This document shows positions 25,481 to 39,765 of a stretch of DNA of 64,000 nt, piece by piece. Every line of letters begins with the position of its first letter. The stretch's first letter is position 1. Both the position numbers and the translations under genes were made by a program. The stretch is from assembly GCF_964213995.1 (NCBI RefSeq), contig NW_027590850.1, positions 1 to 64,000 of the forward strand, written 5' to 3'. The notes beneath the pieces are model-generated. The model was not told where the DNA came from, did no database searches, and saw only the letters and a list, made by a program, of their open reading frames with translations. The DNA comes from Mustelus asterias. Taxonomy: Eukaryota.

Positions 25481-27289
25481 GTCTCTCTCTCCAGTATTTT
25501 TCCCCTATCTTCAGCTTTCTCTCCCTTCCTGTTTCTTTCCATTCATCTCTCCCTCTCGAGCATTCTTCCATATCTGTCCATCACTCACCAGAATGTCTCT
25601 CTCTCCCTCTCGAGCATTCTTCCATATCTGTCCATCACTCTCCAGAATGTCTCTCTCTCTCTCTCTCGAGCATTCTTCCATATCTGTCCATCACTCTCCA
25701 GAATGTCTCTCTCTCCCTCTCGAGCATTCTTCCATCTGTGGGATCTTGCTGGGGATTTTGTTTTAAAAAGGGTGTTTTCTCAGAGGCAGTTTAAACCTTT
25801 CAGGGGACTGTGGGGAAGTCTCCAGACTTGGGACAACACACACACAGGGTTGGGGGCTGGGGGTGGCGGGCGGGGAGGTGGGCAGTCAGGTATACTGGTA
25901 TTCTGGGAGACTGATATTCCCAACAAGGGCCAGAGGTCTCAGTGCTGAAACATATTAAACTGTTCAAACAGAGGCAGGCAGAAAGCCATGAGGCTTCAGC
26001 TCCCTGTAGATGCAAAGGTAACTCTGTCAAAAAGTAGCCACATGTGAAGTGGAAACACCTTCCCTCAGCTTGTTACACACTGACCTTTCCACAACCCCAA
26101 CATGTTTACAAACACTCGCTGCAGTTTCTGCAAACTTTGTATCAAACTGCCTCCCACTCTGCTCAATACTGACCCCCTCTCAACCTGGCACTGAACTAGT
26201 GTCTGAATTGAGACAGAGACACACAGACAGAGGTTTTAAAATTGAAAGTTTTAAAGTTTGATTATTAGTGTCACAAGTAAGGCTTACATTAACACTGCAA
26301 TGAAGTTACTGAGAGAGACAGAGACACACAGAGACAGAGACATAGATAAAGAGACAGAAAGAGACAGAGAGGATATTTAAAGTTTTAAAGTTTGTTTATT
26401 CGTGTCACAAGTAAGGCTTACATTAACGCTGCAGTTACTGAGAGAGACAGAAAGAGAGAGTTTTTAAAGTTGAAAGATTTAAAGTTTATTTCTTAGTGTC
26501 ACAAGGCTTACATTAACACTGCAATGAAGTTAGTGAGAAAGACAGAGATAGAGGGAGCATCCAGAGTGGGTTCAGTAATACATTTATTGATCAGATATCT
26601 CTCTCTGTGACTCTTTAGCGATGAGATATTCAGCCAGGATGGTTTCACTGACCCTCTTCAGCAGGCAGATATTCCCAAATCCAGCCCAGGTCTCAGACAC
26701 ACACACCACTCACACATTCCCTCTGCTCTGTCCAAGGGAATATTTTAATCCAGGAATTTCTATTTTATATTTACAGGGTGACGGGGGGAGAAACTCAACT
26801 CAAAAATCCTGCAGTCTCTCCAAGCTGCTTTTAAATTTCAATTCAAACCCTGGGCCACATGGGAAGCTGCAGAGATTGGGAAACTTACCAAACCCAGTTT
26901 GTGTGTGTGAGTGTCTGCAGCTTTTGTGTCTTTGAACTTGCGAGGGTGCCAGGGGGAGAATGTCACTGTCTTCACCTCTCTCTCTGCCTCTCTGTATAAA
27001 AAAAATCACCAAATTAAACCACACTCAATCATGCGACCATACACAATTAATTATCAAATATCTGTCTCTCTCGCTTTATCTCTGTCTCTCCCCGTCTCTC
27101 TCTCTCCCCGTCTCTCTCTCTCCCTGTCTCTTCTCGAGCAGAAACAGATGGAGACAGAGAGGCAGGGAGAGAGAGGAAGAGGGAGGGATGGAAACAGCTG
27201 GAGTTGTGGATTAGATGCAGGGGGAGAGACACAGGCTGTTAGAGGGAGGGGGGGTTTCAGTGAGGGACAGGGTCTCCAGTTTAATTCTG

Positions 27290-30200
27290 AGGGTCCTGAG
27301 AGAGGGATTTCACTGTCTCAGCCCCTCTCTGGCTCCCTCACTCTGTATAAACAATTCCCAAATTTAAAAAATGCTCAACACAGCTGACTGCACTTTGGGG
27401 GATCTTGCTGTGCACCACAGGGATTTTAGTTTTAAAAAGGGTTACTTTTAAGAGGGAGTTCCGGCCTTTCCGGAGATTTGGGATGATGCAGACACACACA
27501 CACAGACACACACAGGGTAGTGAGTGAGGAAGGGGGCTCACAGCAGGCAAGAGAGTGGGGGAGGGGTGGGGGGAGGACTGTGTCCCATCTGATTCAGGTT
27601 CACATTGCTGCTGCTACTGTGGGATCTTGCTGTGCACACACTGGGCCTGTGGCCTTTGCCTGCACAGCAACAGCGCCCACACTTTTTATTTTCAAACAAA
27701 ATCTGGCTCAGGGACCGCAAAGTGGGTTCAAGGAAAAAGCTTGAAAAGGGGTCGGGTAAATTCAAGCACTTTAATACCGAGGCATCGTAGGCTCTGGAGC
27801 AAGTGCTGGGGAATGGGAGGAGGATAGATTGGGATTTGATGGCCAGCATGGAGCTGGTGGGCCGAAGGGCCTGTTTCTGTGCTGTGTGACTCCAGATTCT
27901 TTTCTCTCTCTCTTTTCCCAGGAATTTCTATTTGGATGGGGGTGGGGTATAGAATTTCTCTGTCTCTCCAGTGTTCTTACCAATCCCAGCACCCCTCCCC
28001 TCCCCTCTCTCCCCAGACATTCCTGTCTATATTTCATCTTTCAATAAAATGTTTAAGAAAACACCTATGTGAATTGTTGTCAATTTAATTTGGGAAGAGA
28101 GAGAGAGAGAGAGAGGAGTGGATCCCATTTCCCACACACTCTCCTGCAGTCCTCACCCACAACATTTATTTAATCTGGCCCTCACCAGGTTGTGTGTGTG
28201 GGATCTTGCTGTGCACACAGGTGGGTCTGGCTCCCTATTCCTCGCACTGTGACCGTGAGCAGAACTTTAAACAGGAAAGATTGAGGGGAAGGAGAAGGGT
28301 TGGGGAGGCGGAGGAGGCAGAGAGAGAGAGATAGAGAAATGGAGGGAGAGCTAAACAGAGACGGGGTGGGGGAGGTGTGAGAGGGTCTCAGGAGGGGCAG
28401 GGGGAAAGAGACACAGAGTCTGGTGGTGTCCTCCTCCATCGTGGGATTGGCAGTGGGATCTTGCTGTGCAGAATTACCTTCATTGTCATTTGAATCATTC
28501 ATTCATTGACTAAGGGAGGGTGGGTGTGTGATTGTGGGATTATAAATATTGTTACCACTCTGAGGTGATGTTTCCCTCTGCGCTATTTTGTAACCCCCTA
28601 AAGGGATACACCTCGCCTCGTAATCTTAAATAAGTGTGTGTGAGACAGGAGGAAGCGACTGGTTTTAGACATTCAATCCCTACAGTGCAGAAGGAGGTCA
28701 TTCGGCCCATCTAGTCTGTACCGACCACAATCCCACCCAGGCCCTATTCCCGTAACCCCACACTTTTAACCTGCTAATCCCCCTGACACTGGGGTCAATT
28801 TAACACGGCCAATCCACCCAACCCGCACAGCTTTGTGCTGTGGGAGAAATTGGTAAATTAAAGCAAGATCTGACACTCTCTCCATCAGGAACAACCAAAC
28901 AGGTCTTTAATTTAGACTGGGTGACAACCTTATTAAAACAATGAACAAACTGAATAAACTCCCCAGTACAATGCTGTTCCAAGGACAAGACTCACTCAGG
29001 AATAATGAAATAAATCATTACAGAATAGAGTCACCCTCGAATAACCAGGCGTCTGTTGGAAGTGTGAACTTCCTTCTGCTGCTTGGGTCTGGAATACTTT
29101 CTGAGTTGGTTTCTGCTTCTATTTAGATGGTGATGTGATGAAGCTGTATATATTACTGCAGGATTCAGTATCAGACTCTCCCCCCTTCAATCTAAAGAGG
29201 CAGCAAGGTCGCTCCCTCCCCGTTATTTCCCCCTGTCCCGGGTTTAAATACCCAGAATTTCCTCACAGTATTCCTGCAATTTGAGTGGCTTGAGGCTGTC
29301 ACCAACGCTCCAATTTGAATGCAATTGGTTGTGTGTGTTTGAGAGCTTGTTTTAAAATCATTGGTCCAGTTCAAAGCCTGTTTTGCTCTGCTGGGACTCT
29401 GGCTGCTGCTTTGGACACAAATGTTGTAAAGTTGTGTTCTGCAGCCTGCTTTCTGCAGTTTAAAATCCCCAGCACAGAGACACAGGCTTTCTAAAGACAC
29501 AACGCTGGATGGTTCGTTTTGGTTTTCTCAGCATTTCTTTTCAATATTTACATTTGTCAAACACCACATTTTTAACCTGATATACGCAACTTCATAACAA
29601 TATTAGACAGGGAGAGAGAGATCGGGAGAGACAGAGAGAAAGTCACACAAAGAGAGAGAGAGACAGGGAGACAGAGAGAGAGAGAGAGTCACATGGAGTA
29701 ATGAGGATGGGGCCTGGATGGGAATGTGGTTGGTGTAGACCTGATGGGCCGAATGGCCTCCTTCTGTACTGTAGGATTCTGTGATTCTGTAATGGGGGTT
29801 GCGTGCGGTGTGAGGGGAGGGTGGAAGGGGACAGGGGGTGGGGGAAGCACTGGTTCCCTTTTCCCCCCTCCCTCCTCCCAGGCCCTGTCCGGGAGGTTTC
29901 GGGGCTGGAGGGGATTGTTCTGGTGAACTGGCCGGGGCCTGGGGAACCTGTTCTTTGTCCAGGATGTATAATGCAGCCTCTGTGACCAGGCCTCAATCCC
30001 AGGCCTAACCTCAGGAAGGCTTTTGCATTTTGCTCCTTTTCCAAACGGTGCCTGTGTTTAAATCGATGGGACTCGACGGTCGAATAAAACCTGCAGCAGA
30101 CACTTTAATACAAAGAACAGCACAGCACAGGAACAGGTCCTTTGGCCCTCCAAGCCTGCGCCGATCATGTTTACCTATCGAGACCAATGGCCTGTATCCC

Positions 30201-33200
30201 TCTCTACCCCGTTTGTTCATGTGTCTATCCAGATAAGTCTGAAATGTCACTAATGTATCTGCCCCAACCACCTCACTTGGCAGCGCATTCCAGGCCCCCA
30301 CCACCCTCTGTGTAAAAACCTTCCCCGCACATCTCCACTCAACCTTTCCCCCCTTATCTTGAACTTGTTCCCCTTGTAATTATCATTTCTGTCCTGGGAA
30401 AAAGCTCCCAACTGTTTATCCTCGCCACACCCCTCATAATTTTATAAACTTCCAGCTGGTCGTCCCTCAGCCTCCGTCTTTCCAGGGAGAACAATCCCAG
30501 TTTATTCAATCAATCCTCACAGCCAATACCCTCCATACCAGGCAACATCCTGGTCAACCCTTTCATTGGATTTGGGATGTGATTGTGGGTTTTCCTGCTA
30601 TATCTCTTTCTCTTCAATCTTTCTCCCGTGATTGTGAGTTATCAGGGAGGGAGAGAGAGAGAGAGAGAGAAAGGGATGGTAACAGAGAGAGGGAGAGAGA
30701 GAGGGCAAAGGCAGAGGGGCAGGGAGAGGAGAGAGATTGGAGGGGAGTGGGTTAGAGGGGGGGGGGGGGAGCCTCCGCTGTGCACTCACAGCCCACCCAG
30801 CTCCCCAGTCTCTGGTTCGGTGCATTAACCCACTCTGGTGCATTAACAGGCGCCAGAGTGTGGCGACTAGGAGAATTTCACAGTAACTTCATTGCAGTGT
30901 TAATGTAAGCCTTACTTGTGACTAAGAAATAAACTTTACTTTATACTTTACTCTGAGATAAAGACCCTCACTCACAGCCTCCCAGAAGGTGGGATTTAGA
31001 AACAGCGACTGTGTAACTGAGGCTGAATCTGTGCTGTTGTGTTTGAAAATATATTTTCCTCATATTTGATGTGTTGTAAAGATATTGGAATCTGGCTGCT
31101 GCCACATTGCAGTGAGAGAGAGATCTGGCTTTGCAGGAGGAGCTTCCCTCCCCATTTCCCCATGGAAATCACTGAGAAATAGCAAACGTGGCCCACAACA
31201 CGTCATTATTTGAAACGGTCAGACAGAAACTGATCAGAGAGAGCATTTTAATCCCCATTCATCCCCAGACGGAGAAACAGAGCAGAGATCAGGACAGATT
31301 ATCCAGAGTAGGAGAGACCGGGGCAGAGATGGGGTTTGGATATATATAGATCTGGGGGGAAAGCAAAAGAGACACAGAGGGGGCTGGACAGGTTCAGAGA
31401 TAGAGGGAGAGAGAAACAGCGAGAGAAAGAGGGAATCAGAGAGAGGTGGGACTCTGCTCGAAGTGGAAGGTTCCCTGTTCAGATCGAATGTACTAACAGC
31501 ACCAATGCTGGAGTGACTTATTATTTTCATTTGGGGTGGGGGAGAGATGGAGGGGAGAGAGAGGGAGACGTGTGGTTCCCTCATTTCCCACTCACTTCAC
31601 CCCAATCCTCACTTCAAAATCACTTTGTATCTGGCCCTGTTCAAGCTGTGTGTGGGATCTTGCTGTGCACTCATGCTCTGTCCCCCCTGCCCCATATTCC
31701 TCACACTATGACAGAGCCCCATGCTTTAAACATGAAAAGATGGAGGGGAAGGCGGGTGGGGTAGAGAGAGAGGAACAGAGAATGGGTGGGGAGTGTGGGG
31801 GGGCTCAGTGGAGGGGGGTAGGGGGATAGAGACAGAGGCTCTGGGGGTGGGGGGTGTCCTCCTGCAGTGTGGGACTCCCTGTGGGATCCTGATTGCAGCA
31901 TTCCCAGTCTCTCTCCCTCTCACTGTGAAGCACTCGGGAGGGAGAGGGAGCTGAAATTCAAATTCCTGAGCCTGGGGGAAAGGCTTGTTCTCAATCCCAG
32001 AGTCCTGCTTGTGTTTTTAGACAGGGCGCTGGGATCTGTGGGTGTGGCTTTCTAAAGACACAACGCTGGATGGTTCGTTTTGGTTTTCTCAGCATTTCTT
32101 TTCAATATTTACATTTCTCAAACACCACATCTTTAACCTTATATATGCAGCTTCATAACCATATTACAGAGAGACAGAGACAGAGAGGGGGGGAGAGAGA
32201 GAAAGGGAGAGAGAGACAGAGAGGGGAGAGTGAGGGAGAGCAGGAAAGGGCAGCAAGAGGTGAGGTTTGTGGGGGGTGCAGTGAGGGGGTGGGGGAAGAG
32301 ACACAGGATCTGGGGGTCTCTCGTGTGGAGGGAGAGAGAGGGAGACGTGTGGTTCCCTCATTTCCCACTCACTTTACCCCAATCCTCATTTAAAAATCAC
32401 TTTGTATCTGGCCCTGCTCAGACTGTGTGTGTGGGATCTTGCTGTGCCCTCATGCTCTGTCCCCCCTCCTCCCCTCCTCATATTTCCCGCACCGTGACGG
32501 CGCCCCACATTTTAAACATGAAAAGATGGAGGGGAAGGAGGGTGGGGTAGAGAGAGGAACAGAGAAGGGGTGGGGAGTGTGGGGGGGCTCAGTGGAGGGG
32601 GGTAGGGGGACAGAGACAGAGGCTCTGGGGGTGGGGGGGTGTCCTCCTGCAGTGTGGGACTCCCTGTGGGATCCTGATTGCAGCATTCCCAGTCTCTGAG
32701 AGAGAAAGAGAAAGACAGGGAGGGAGGGAGAAAGAGAGAGAGAGGGAAAGACAGAGAGAGAGAGAGAGAGAAAGAGGGGGAAAGACAGTGAGAGAGAGAG
32801 AGACAGGCAGGGATAAAGAGAGAGAGAAACAGTGTGAGGGAGAGAGAGAGAAAGATGGAGGGAGTGGGAGAGAGAGAAAGATGGACGGAGAGAGAGAGAG
32901 AAAGGCAGACAGGGAGTGAGAGAGAAAGATGGAGGGAGTGGGAGAGAGAGAGGGGGAAAACTGGAAAAGAAAGCAAGAGGTGAGGTTTGTGGGGGTGCAG
33001 TGGGTGAGGTGCAGTGAGGGGGTGGGGGAAGAGACACAGGATCACAGTGACCCGAGCCGGGAATTGAACCCGGGTCCCTGGAGCTGTGAGGCAGCAGCGC
33101 CAACCACTGTGCCCCCGTGTGGCCCTACACGTTATGATTCAATTCTGAGGGTCCCGGGGCGAGGGGGGGGGGTGGATTTCACTGCCTCAGCCCCTCTCTG

Positions 33201-35480
33201 CCTCACTCTCCCTCTGTATAAACATTTCCCAAATTAAAACACACAACACAGCGAACTGCACCTTCTGGGATCTTCCAGAGCACCACAGAGATTGTGTTTT
33301 AAAAAGGGTTTGGCTTCGTTTTAAGAGGGAGTTCAACTCTTTCTGAAAATTTGGGATGAGACACACACAAACACACAGACAGATACACACACAGACACAC
33401 ACACACACAGGGTAGTGAGTGGGGAAGGGGGCTCACAGCAGGCGAGAGTGTTGGGGGTGTGTTGGGGAGGACTGTGTCCCATCTGATTCAGGTTCACATT
33501 GTTGCTGCTGCTGTTGTGGGATCTTGCTGTGCACACACTGGGCCTGTGGCCTTTGCTCGCACTGCAACAGCGACCACACTTTATTAAACAAAATCTCGCT
33601 CACGGACCGCAAAGTGGGTTCAAAGGAAAGAAAGTGGAAACGGGGGTCGGGTAAATTAAAGCACTTAAATTAGCGAGGCATCGTAGGCTGTGCAGCAAGT
33701 GCTGGGGAATGGGGGGAGTATAGATTGGGATTTGACGGCCAGCATAGACCTGGTGGGCCGAAGGGCCTGTTTCTGTGCTGTGTGACTCCAGATTCTCCTC
33801 TCTCTTTTCCCAGGAATTTCTATTTGGATGGAGGGTTCATAATTTCCCTGTCTCTGTCTCTCCAGCGTTCTTCCCAATCTCTGCACCCCTCCCCTCTCTC
33901 TCTCTCCCCAGACATTCCTGTCTATATTTCACCTTTCAATCAAATGTGAAGGAAAACACCAATGTTAATTTTTTTGATTTAATTTCAGGGAGGGAAAGAC
34001 AGAGAGAGAGAAAGAGAGAGACAGGGAGGGAGGGAAAGACAGACAGAGACAGAGAAAGACAGGGAGGGGGGGAAGGAGAGAAAGACAGAGAGAGAGAGAG
34101 AGAAAGGCAGCCGAATAAAACCAGCAGCAGCCGCTTTAATCCATCGGATTGGGGATGTGATTGTGGGTTTTCCTGCTGTATCTCTCTCTCCCATCTTTCT
34201 CCTTTGATTGTGAGTTATCAGGGAGGGAGAGAGAAAGGGAGGGTAACAGAGGGAGATCAAAGGCAGAGGGGCAGGGAGAGGAGACACACTGGAGGGGGGC
34301 TGGGTTAGGGGGGGGGGGGTCCTCTGCTCTGCACTCACAGCCCAGCTCCCCAGTCTCTGGGGGAAAAGACCCTCACTCACACCCTCCCAGAAGGTGGGAT
34401 TTGTAACCAGCGGCTGTGTGACTGAGGCTGAATCTGTGCTGTTGTGTTTGAAAAGATTTTTTCCCAATATAAAGATATTGGAATCTGGCTGCTGCCACAT
34501 TGCAGTGAGAGAGAGATCTGGCTTTGCAGGAGGAGCTTCCCTCCCCATTTCCCCATGGAAATCACTGAGAAATAGCAAACGTGGCCCACAACACGTCATT
34601 ATTTGAAACGGTCAGACAGAAACTTATCAGAGAGAGCATTTTAATCCCCATTCATCCCCAGACGGGGAAACAGAGCAGAGATCAGGACAGATTATCCAGA
34701 GTAGGAGAGACCGGGGCAGAGATGGGGTTTGGATATATATAGATCTGGGGGGAAAGCAAAAGAGACACAGAGGGGGCTGGACAGGTTCAGAGATAGAGGC
34801 AGAGAAACAGGCAGAGAGAAAGAAACAGCGAGAGACAGAGGGAATGGGAGAGAGAGGTGTGACTGTGCTCGAAGTGGAAGGTTCCCTGTTCATATTGAAT
34901 GTACAAACAGCCCCAATCCTGGAGTGACTTGTCATTATTTTTATTTGGGGTGGGGGAAGAGATGGAGGGGGGGAGCGAGGGAGAGAGAGGGAGAAGTGTG
35001 GTTCCCTCATTGCCCACTCACTTTAGCCCAATCCTCACTTAAAAATCACTTTGTATCTAGCCCTGCTCAGACTGTGTGTGGGATCTTGCTGTGCCCTCCT
35101 CCCCGCCCCATATTCCCTGCACTGTGACAGCGCCCCACACTTTAAACATGAAAAGATGGAGAGGAAGGAGGGTGGGGTAGAGAGAGAGGAACAGAGAATG
35201 GGTGGGGAGTGTGGGGGGGCTCAGTGGAGGGGGGGTAGGGGGATAGAGACAGAGGCTCTGGGGGTGGGGGGGGTGTCCTCCTGCAGTGTGGGACTCCCTG
35301 TGGGATCCTGATTGCAGCATTCCCAGTCTCTCTCTCTCTCACTGTGAAGCACTCGGGAGGGAGAGGGAGCTGAAATTCAAATTCCTGAGCCTGGGGGAAA
35401 GGCTTGTTCTCAATCCCAGAGTCCTGCTTGTGTTTTTAGACAGGGCGCTGGGATTTGTGGGTGTGGATGGAGAAGATTGT
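27290..35480. repeat. Local segmental duplications (about 27.3-28.1k plus 30.6-32.0k versus 33.1-35.5k; extra partial copy at 32.3-32.7k)
   Basis: Long near-identical stretches, e.g. 30960-31430 vs 34365-34800 and 31540-32040 vs 34980-35460. Confidence 0.8.
30112..30562 (-). mobile_element. CR1-type LINE 3' end
   Basis: Minus ORF VGAWNALPSEVVGADTLVTFQTYLDRHM followed by 3' UTR. Confidence 0.85.
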
Positions 35481-37994
35481 TCTGTTTAACTGGGGGGTGG
35501 GAGAGAGGGGGGTTTGTTCTTTCTACCGGAGGAATAATGCAGCCTCTGTGACTAGGCCTCACTTCACGGCCTAAATCTCAGCAGCACTTTTGCATTCGCT
35601 TAATTCCCCAACAGGGTTTAAGTGGCTGAATTCAATGGTTCAATAAAATGTGAAGCAGCCGCTTCAGGGTGGGATTGTGGATTTTCCAGCTCCCGCCCCC
35701 TTCTCATTTCCCTTTTGATTGTGAGTTTTATTTTAAACGGTCAGACAGAAACTTAGAGAGAGCATTTCAATCCAGATTCGCCTCGAGATAGAGAAACAGA
35801 GCAGAGATCAGGACAGGTTATCCAGAGACAGGAGCAGAGACGGGGTATTGGACAGATAGAGATCTGGGGGGAAGTGTGTAAGAGACGGAGAGGGAGAAAC
35901 AGAGTGAGGGGAGAGAGGTGACTGATAGAAGTGGGAACTTCATTGGGGCCTCCTGTGTTTTTTCACTGGCCTGTCTCTGGAGTAAAGCCCCCAGAATGCT
36001 TTGATGTGTTTAATAAATTCAATATCGGGACAGTCAGGAGGCAGTTGGAAGTTCATTGCATTTGAAACGTGTTCCCATTTTGTCAGGGTTTAATAATGAG
36101 GAGGTGAAAATGAATGTTTCCCCCACCTCCCCCAGTGAAATTGTGAATTTCAGCAAGTCCTGGGATCTTGCTGTGCCTTTTATTGTTTATAATCAGCTTT
36201 TGTTTTGTGTTTAATCAAATTTCACTTTATTTTCTCTTTCTCTCTTCCAAGGAGAATTCCTTTGGAAACTTTGGCGATGCAGAGAGCGAATAGTTTTGCC
36301 GTGAGGAATCCTCGGACAAGAGCTATAACCAGAGAGAAAAATATTAATAAAAGTCCCCGTGTCTTGGTCGTTCATTTTTATTCACAGATAGACTGGTGGG
36401 GCTTTTACACGGAGGGTTAGTGGTCTGTGTGTCAGGGGGAGGGGGTATTCCCAGTGATCCCTGCTCCAATGTAATCCCAGATTTCAATCCCTCTCCCTGA
36501 AGCTCTGTCTGTGCAACTCCCCCATCCTCAGAACTGTTTCTCCACATCTTTCCAATCCCTGTCTCTCCCCATCCTTTATACCTCAGCCTCTCAAAATGGC
36601 AGCATCTTTCTCCCTTTTCTCTCATTCTCTCTATCTTTCACTCTCTCTCTGAAACTTTGTCACTGTCTTGCCAAAGCCCCACTTTCTATTTATCTCGACA
36701 TCTCACTTTGTATCTCAGCCTCTCTGCACATCTCTCTCTCCCTCTCTGTGGATCATTTTATCTCAATCACAGCAGCCTCCTCTCCATCTCTCTCTCGCTC
36801 TATCTATCTCTGCTCCCTCTCTGACTCATTCTGTCTGAAGTACAGCAGCATTCTCTCTATCTCCATCTTTTCACAGTAACTTCATTGCAGTGTTAATGTA
36901 AGCCTACTTGTGACGAATAAAATTTGAACTTTAACTCTGCTTCTCTGTCTTATCTCTCTAGCTATCTGCTTGACTCTCTCTATCTCTCTCTGCTTCCCCC
37001 TCTCTCTATCTCTGCCTCCCCCTGACTCAGTCTGTTTGAATTAAAGTAGCATCCTCTGCCTCTATATCTCTATCTGTTCTCTGCTTCCCTCTCTCTGTGA
37101 ATCATTGTCTGAATCACAGCAGATTCCTCACTAACTCCATCTCTATATCTCTGTCTCTTATCTCTGCTCCCTCCCTTCTCTGTGAATCAATGTCTGAATT
37201 ACAGTCGCATCCTATCTCCATCTCTATATCTCTCTGCCTCTTATCTCTCTCTGTATCTGATCTCTGCTTCCCTCTCTCTGTGAATCATTCTGTCTGAATT
37301 ACAGTAGCATTCTCTCTAACTCCATCTCTATATCTCTCTGCTTCTCTGCCTCTTATCTCCCTCTCTGCTCTCTCGTGGGGGACGGGCCAGATCACGGGTT
37401 TGCTGTTCACAAGCAGCAAAGGCCCAGGAACGCAGAGGGAGGGAATCGGGGGCAATTCAGAGGGATTCAGCACTGCTGAAAGGGGGGAGTGTGTAATACA
37501 GGGGCTTGTTCAGAGCCAGGGGCTATTAGACAGAGAGGGAAGGGGCTGGTGGAGGAGGCTGTTGTACAAGAGGGGGGAATATTATAACACAGGCTGACCA
37601 GAGTCAGGGGTTATCAGAGAAAGGGGGCAATTGAGGGGGGGGGGGGAATCAGACAGGGGGTCTGTTGTACAGGATGGGGGTGCGGGATGTTATAACACAG
37701 GCTGCTCAGTGTCAGGGGAATTAGTCGTTTGAACGTTAATGTTTAAAATGGGCAGAGTTTCCACATCCAACTCCACCAGGAGCTGTTTACAGGGGGGTGG
37801 TGGACGGGGATAGATGTGTGGTGGGGGGGGGGGGGGGGGGGGGTTACTAATTAGAAGGGGGGGGATCTGTCAGTCCAGAGGCTGTTCACAGGGAGGGAGT
37901 GGGAATTTGCCAGGTTGAGAGGGGTGGGGGGAAAGAGGGGAACTTAGAGGGATATTCAGCCGGGGGGCTTTGAAGATGGTTTGGGCAGTGGGGG

Positions 37995-39545
37995 ACCATA
38001 CCAAGGTGTGATACAACCAGAAAGAATGCTTTCTATGGTGCATCTGTAAAAGTTGGTGAGCGTCGTAGCTGACGTGCCAAATTTCCTTAGTCTTCTGAGG
38101 AAGTAGAGGTGTTGGTGGGCTTTCTTAATTACAGTGTCGGTATGGGGGGACCAGGACAGGTGGTTGGTGACCTGGACACCTAATGACTTGAAGCTCTCGA
38201 CCCTTTCTACTTTGTCCCTGTTGATGTAGACAGGGGCATGTTCGCCTTTACGTTTCCTGACGTCGATGACAATCTACTTCATTTTGTTGACATTGAGGGA
38301 GAGATTATTGTTGCCGCACCCGATTCTCTATCTCATTCCTGTACTCTACCTCATCATTGTTTGAGATCTGACCCACTACCGTGGTGTTGTCAGCAAACTT
38401 GAAAATCGAATTGGAGGGGAATTTGGCCACACTGTCATGGGTATATAATGAATGGTATATAATGAAGATGGCTGGACTTGTGGATAGCGATGAGCATTTT
38501 CGGGCAATACAGCAGGATATAGATCGGCTGGAAAATTGGGCGAAGAGGTGTCAGATGGAATTTAATCCAGATAAATGCGAAGTGATGCATTTTGGATGAA
38601 ATAATGTAGGGAGGAGTTACACAATAAATGGCAGAGCCATCAAGAGTATAGAAACACAGAGGGACCTAGGTGTGCAAGTCCACAAATCCTTGAAGGTGGC
38701 AACACAGGTGGAGAAGGTGGTGAAGAAGGCATATGTTATGCTTGCCTTTATAGGACGGGGTATAGAGTATAAAAGCTGGAGTCTGATGATGCAGCTGTAT
38801 AGAACGCTGGTTAGGCCACATTTGGAGTACTGCGTCCAGTTCTGGTCGCCGCACTACCAGAAGGACGTGGAGGCGTTAGAGAGAGTGCAGAGAAGGTTTA
38901 CCAGGATGTTGCCTGGTATGGAGGGTCTTAGCTATGAGGAGAGATTGGGTAAACTGGGGTTGTTCTCCCTGGAAAGACGGAGAATGAGGGGAGATCTAAC
39001 AGAGGTGTACAAGATTAAGAAGGGGATAGATAGGGTGAACAGTGGGAAGCTTTTTCCCAGGTCGGAGGTGACAATCACGAGGGGTCATGGGCTCAAGGTG
39101 AGAGGGGCGAAGTATAACTCAGATATCAGAGGGACGTTTTTTACACAGAGGGTGGTGGGGGCCTGGAATGTGCTGCCAAGTAGGGTGGTGGAGGCAGGCA
39201 CGCTGACATCGTTTAAGACTTACCTGGATAGTCACATGAGCAGCGTGGGAATGGAGGGATACAAACGATTGGTCTAGTTGGACCAAGGAGCGGCACAGGC
39301 TTGGAGGGCCGAAGGGCCTGTTTCCTGTGCTGTACTGTTCTTTGTTCTTTGTTATTTTCCATCTGTCAGATCCTCGCCCACTCGCTCAGCCTATCCAAAT
39401 CTCTTTGCAGACTTTCCGCGTCCTCCACGCAATTCGCTTTCCCACTCATCTTCGTGTCATCAGCAAACTTTGATACCCTACGCTCAGTCCCCTGCTCCAG
39501 ATCATCTATGTAAATGGTAAACAGTTGAGGCTCCAGCACCGATCA
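37995..39545. mobile_element. CR1-type LINE fragments: plus-strand copy ~38460-39350, flanked by minus-strand RT fragments
   Basis: ORF 38672-39277 (LYRTLVRPHLEYCVQFWSPH...FFTQRVVGAWNVLP); minus-strand KFAD(D/N)T motifs near 38390 and 39460. Confidence 0.85.
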
Positions 39546-39765
39546 GCAGTGAACATTGTGAAGCGTGAGAAATATTTAATCTGGGCGGGTCTGAAGTGTG
39601 TTCGGAGCTGCTGTCAGTGTGAAGCGCTCAATGTGGATGGTTAAAGGAAAACCCGCCTACTGTTGCCAGTTCAACAGAAACACGGCACGGAACTGAACCC
39701 GAGCCTCCCTGTTAATTTTGAGCTCCTGGTTCGAAACTGATCTCTGTGTTGCGCGTTAACTGAGA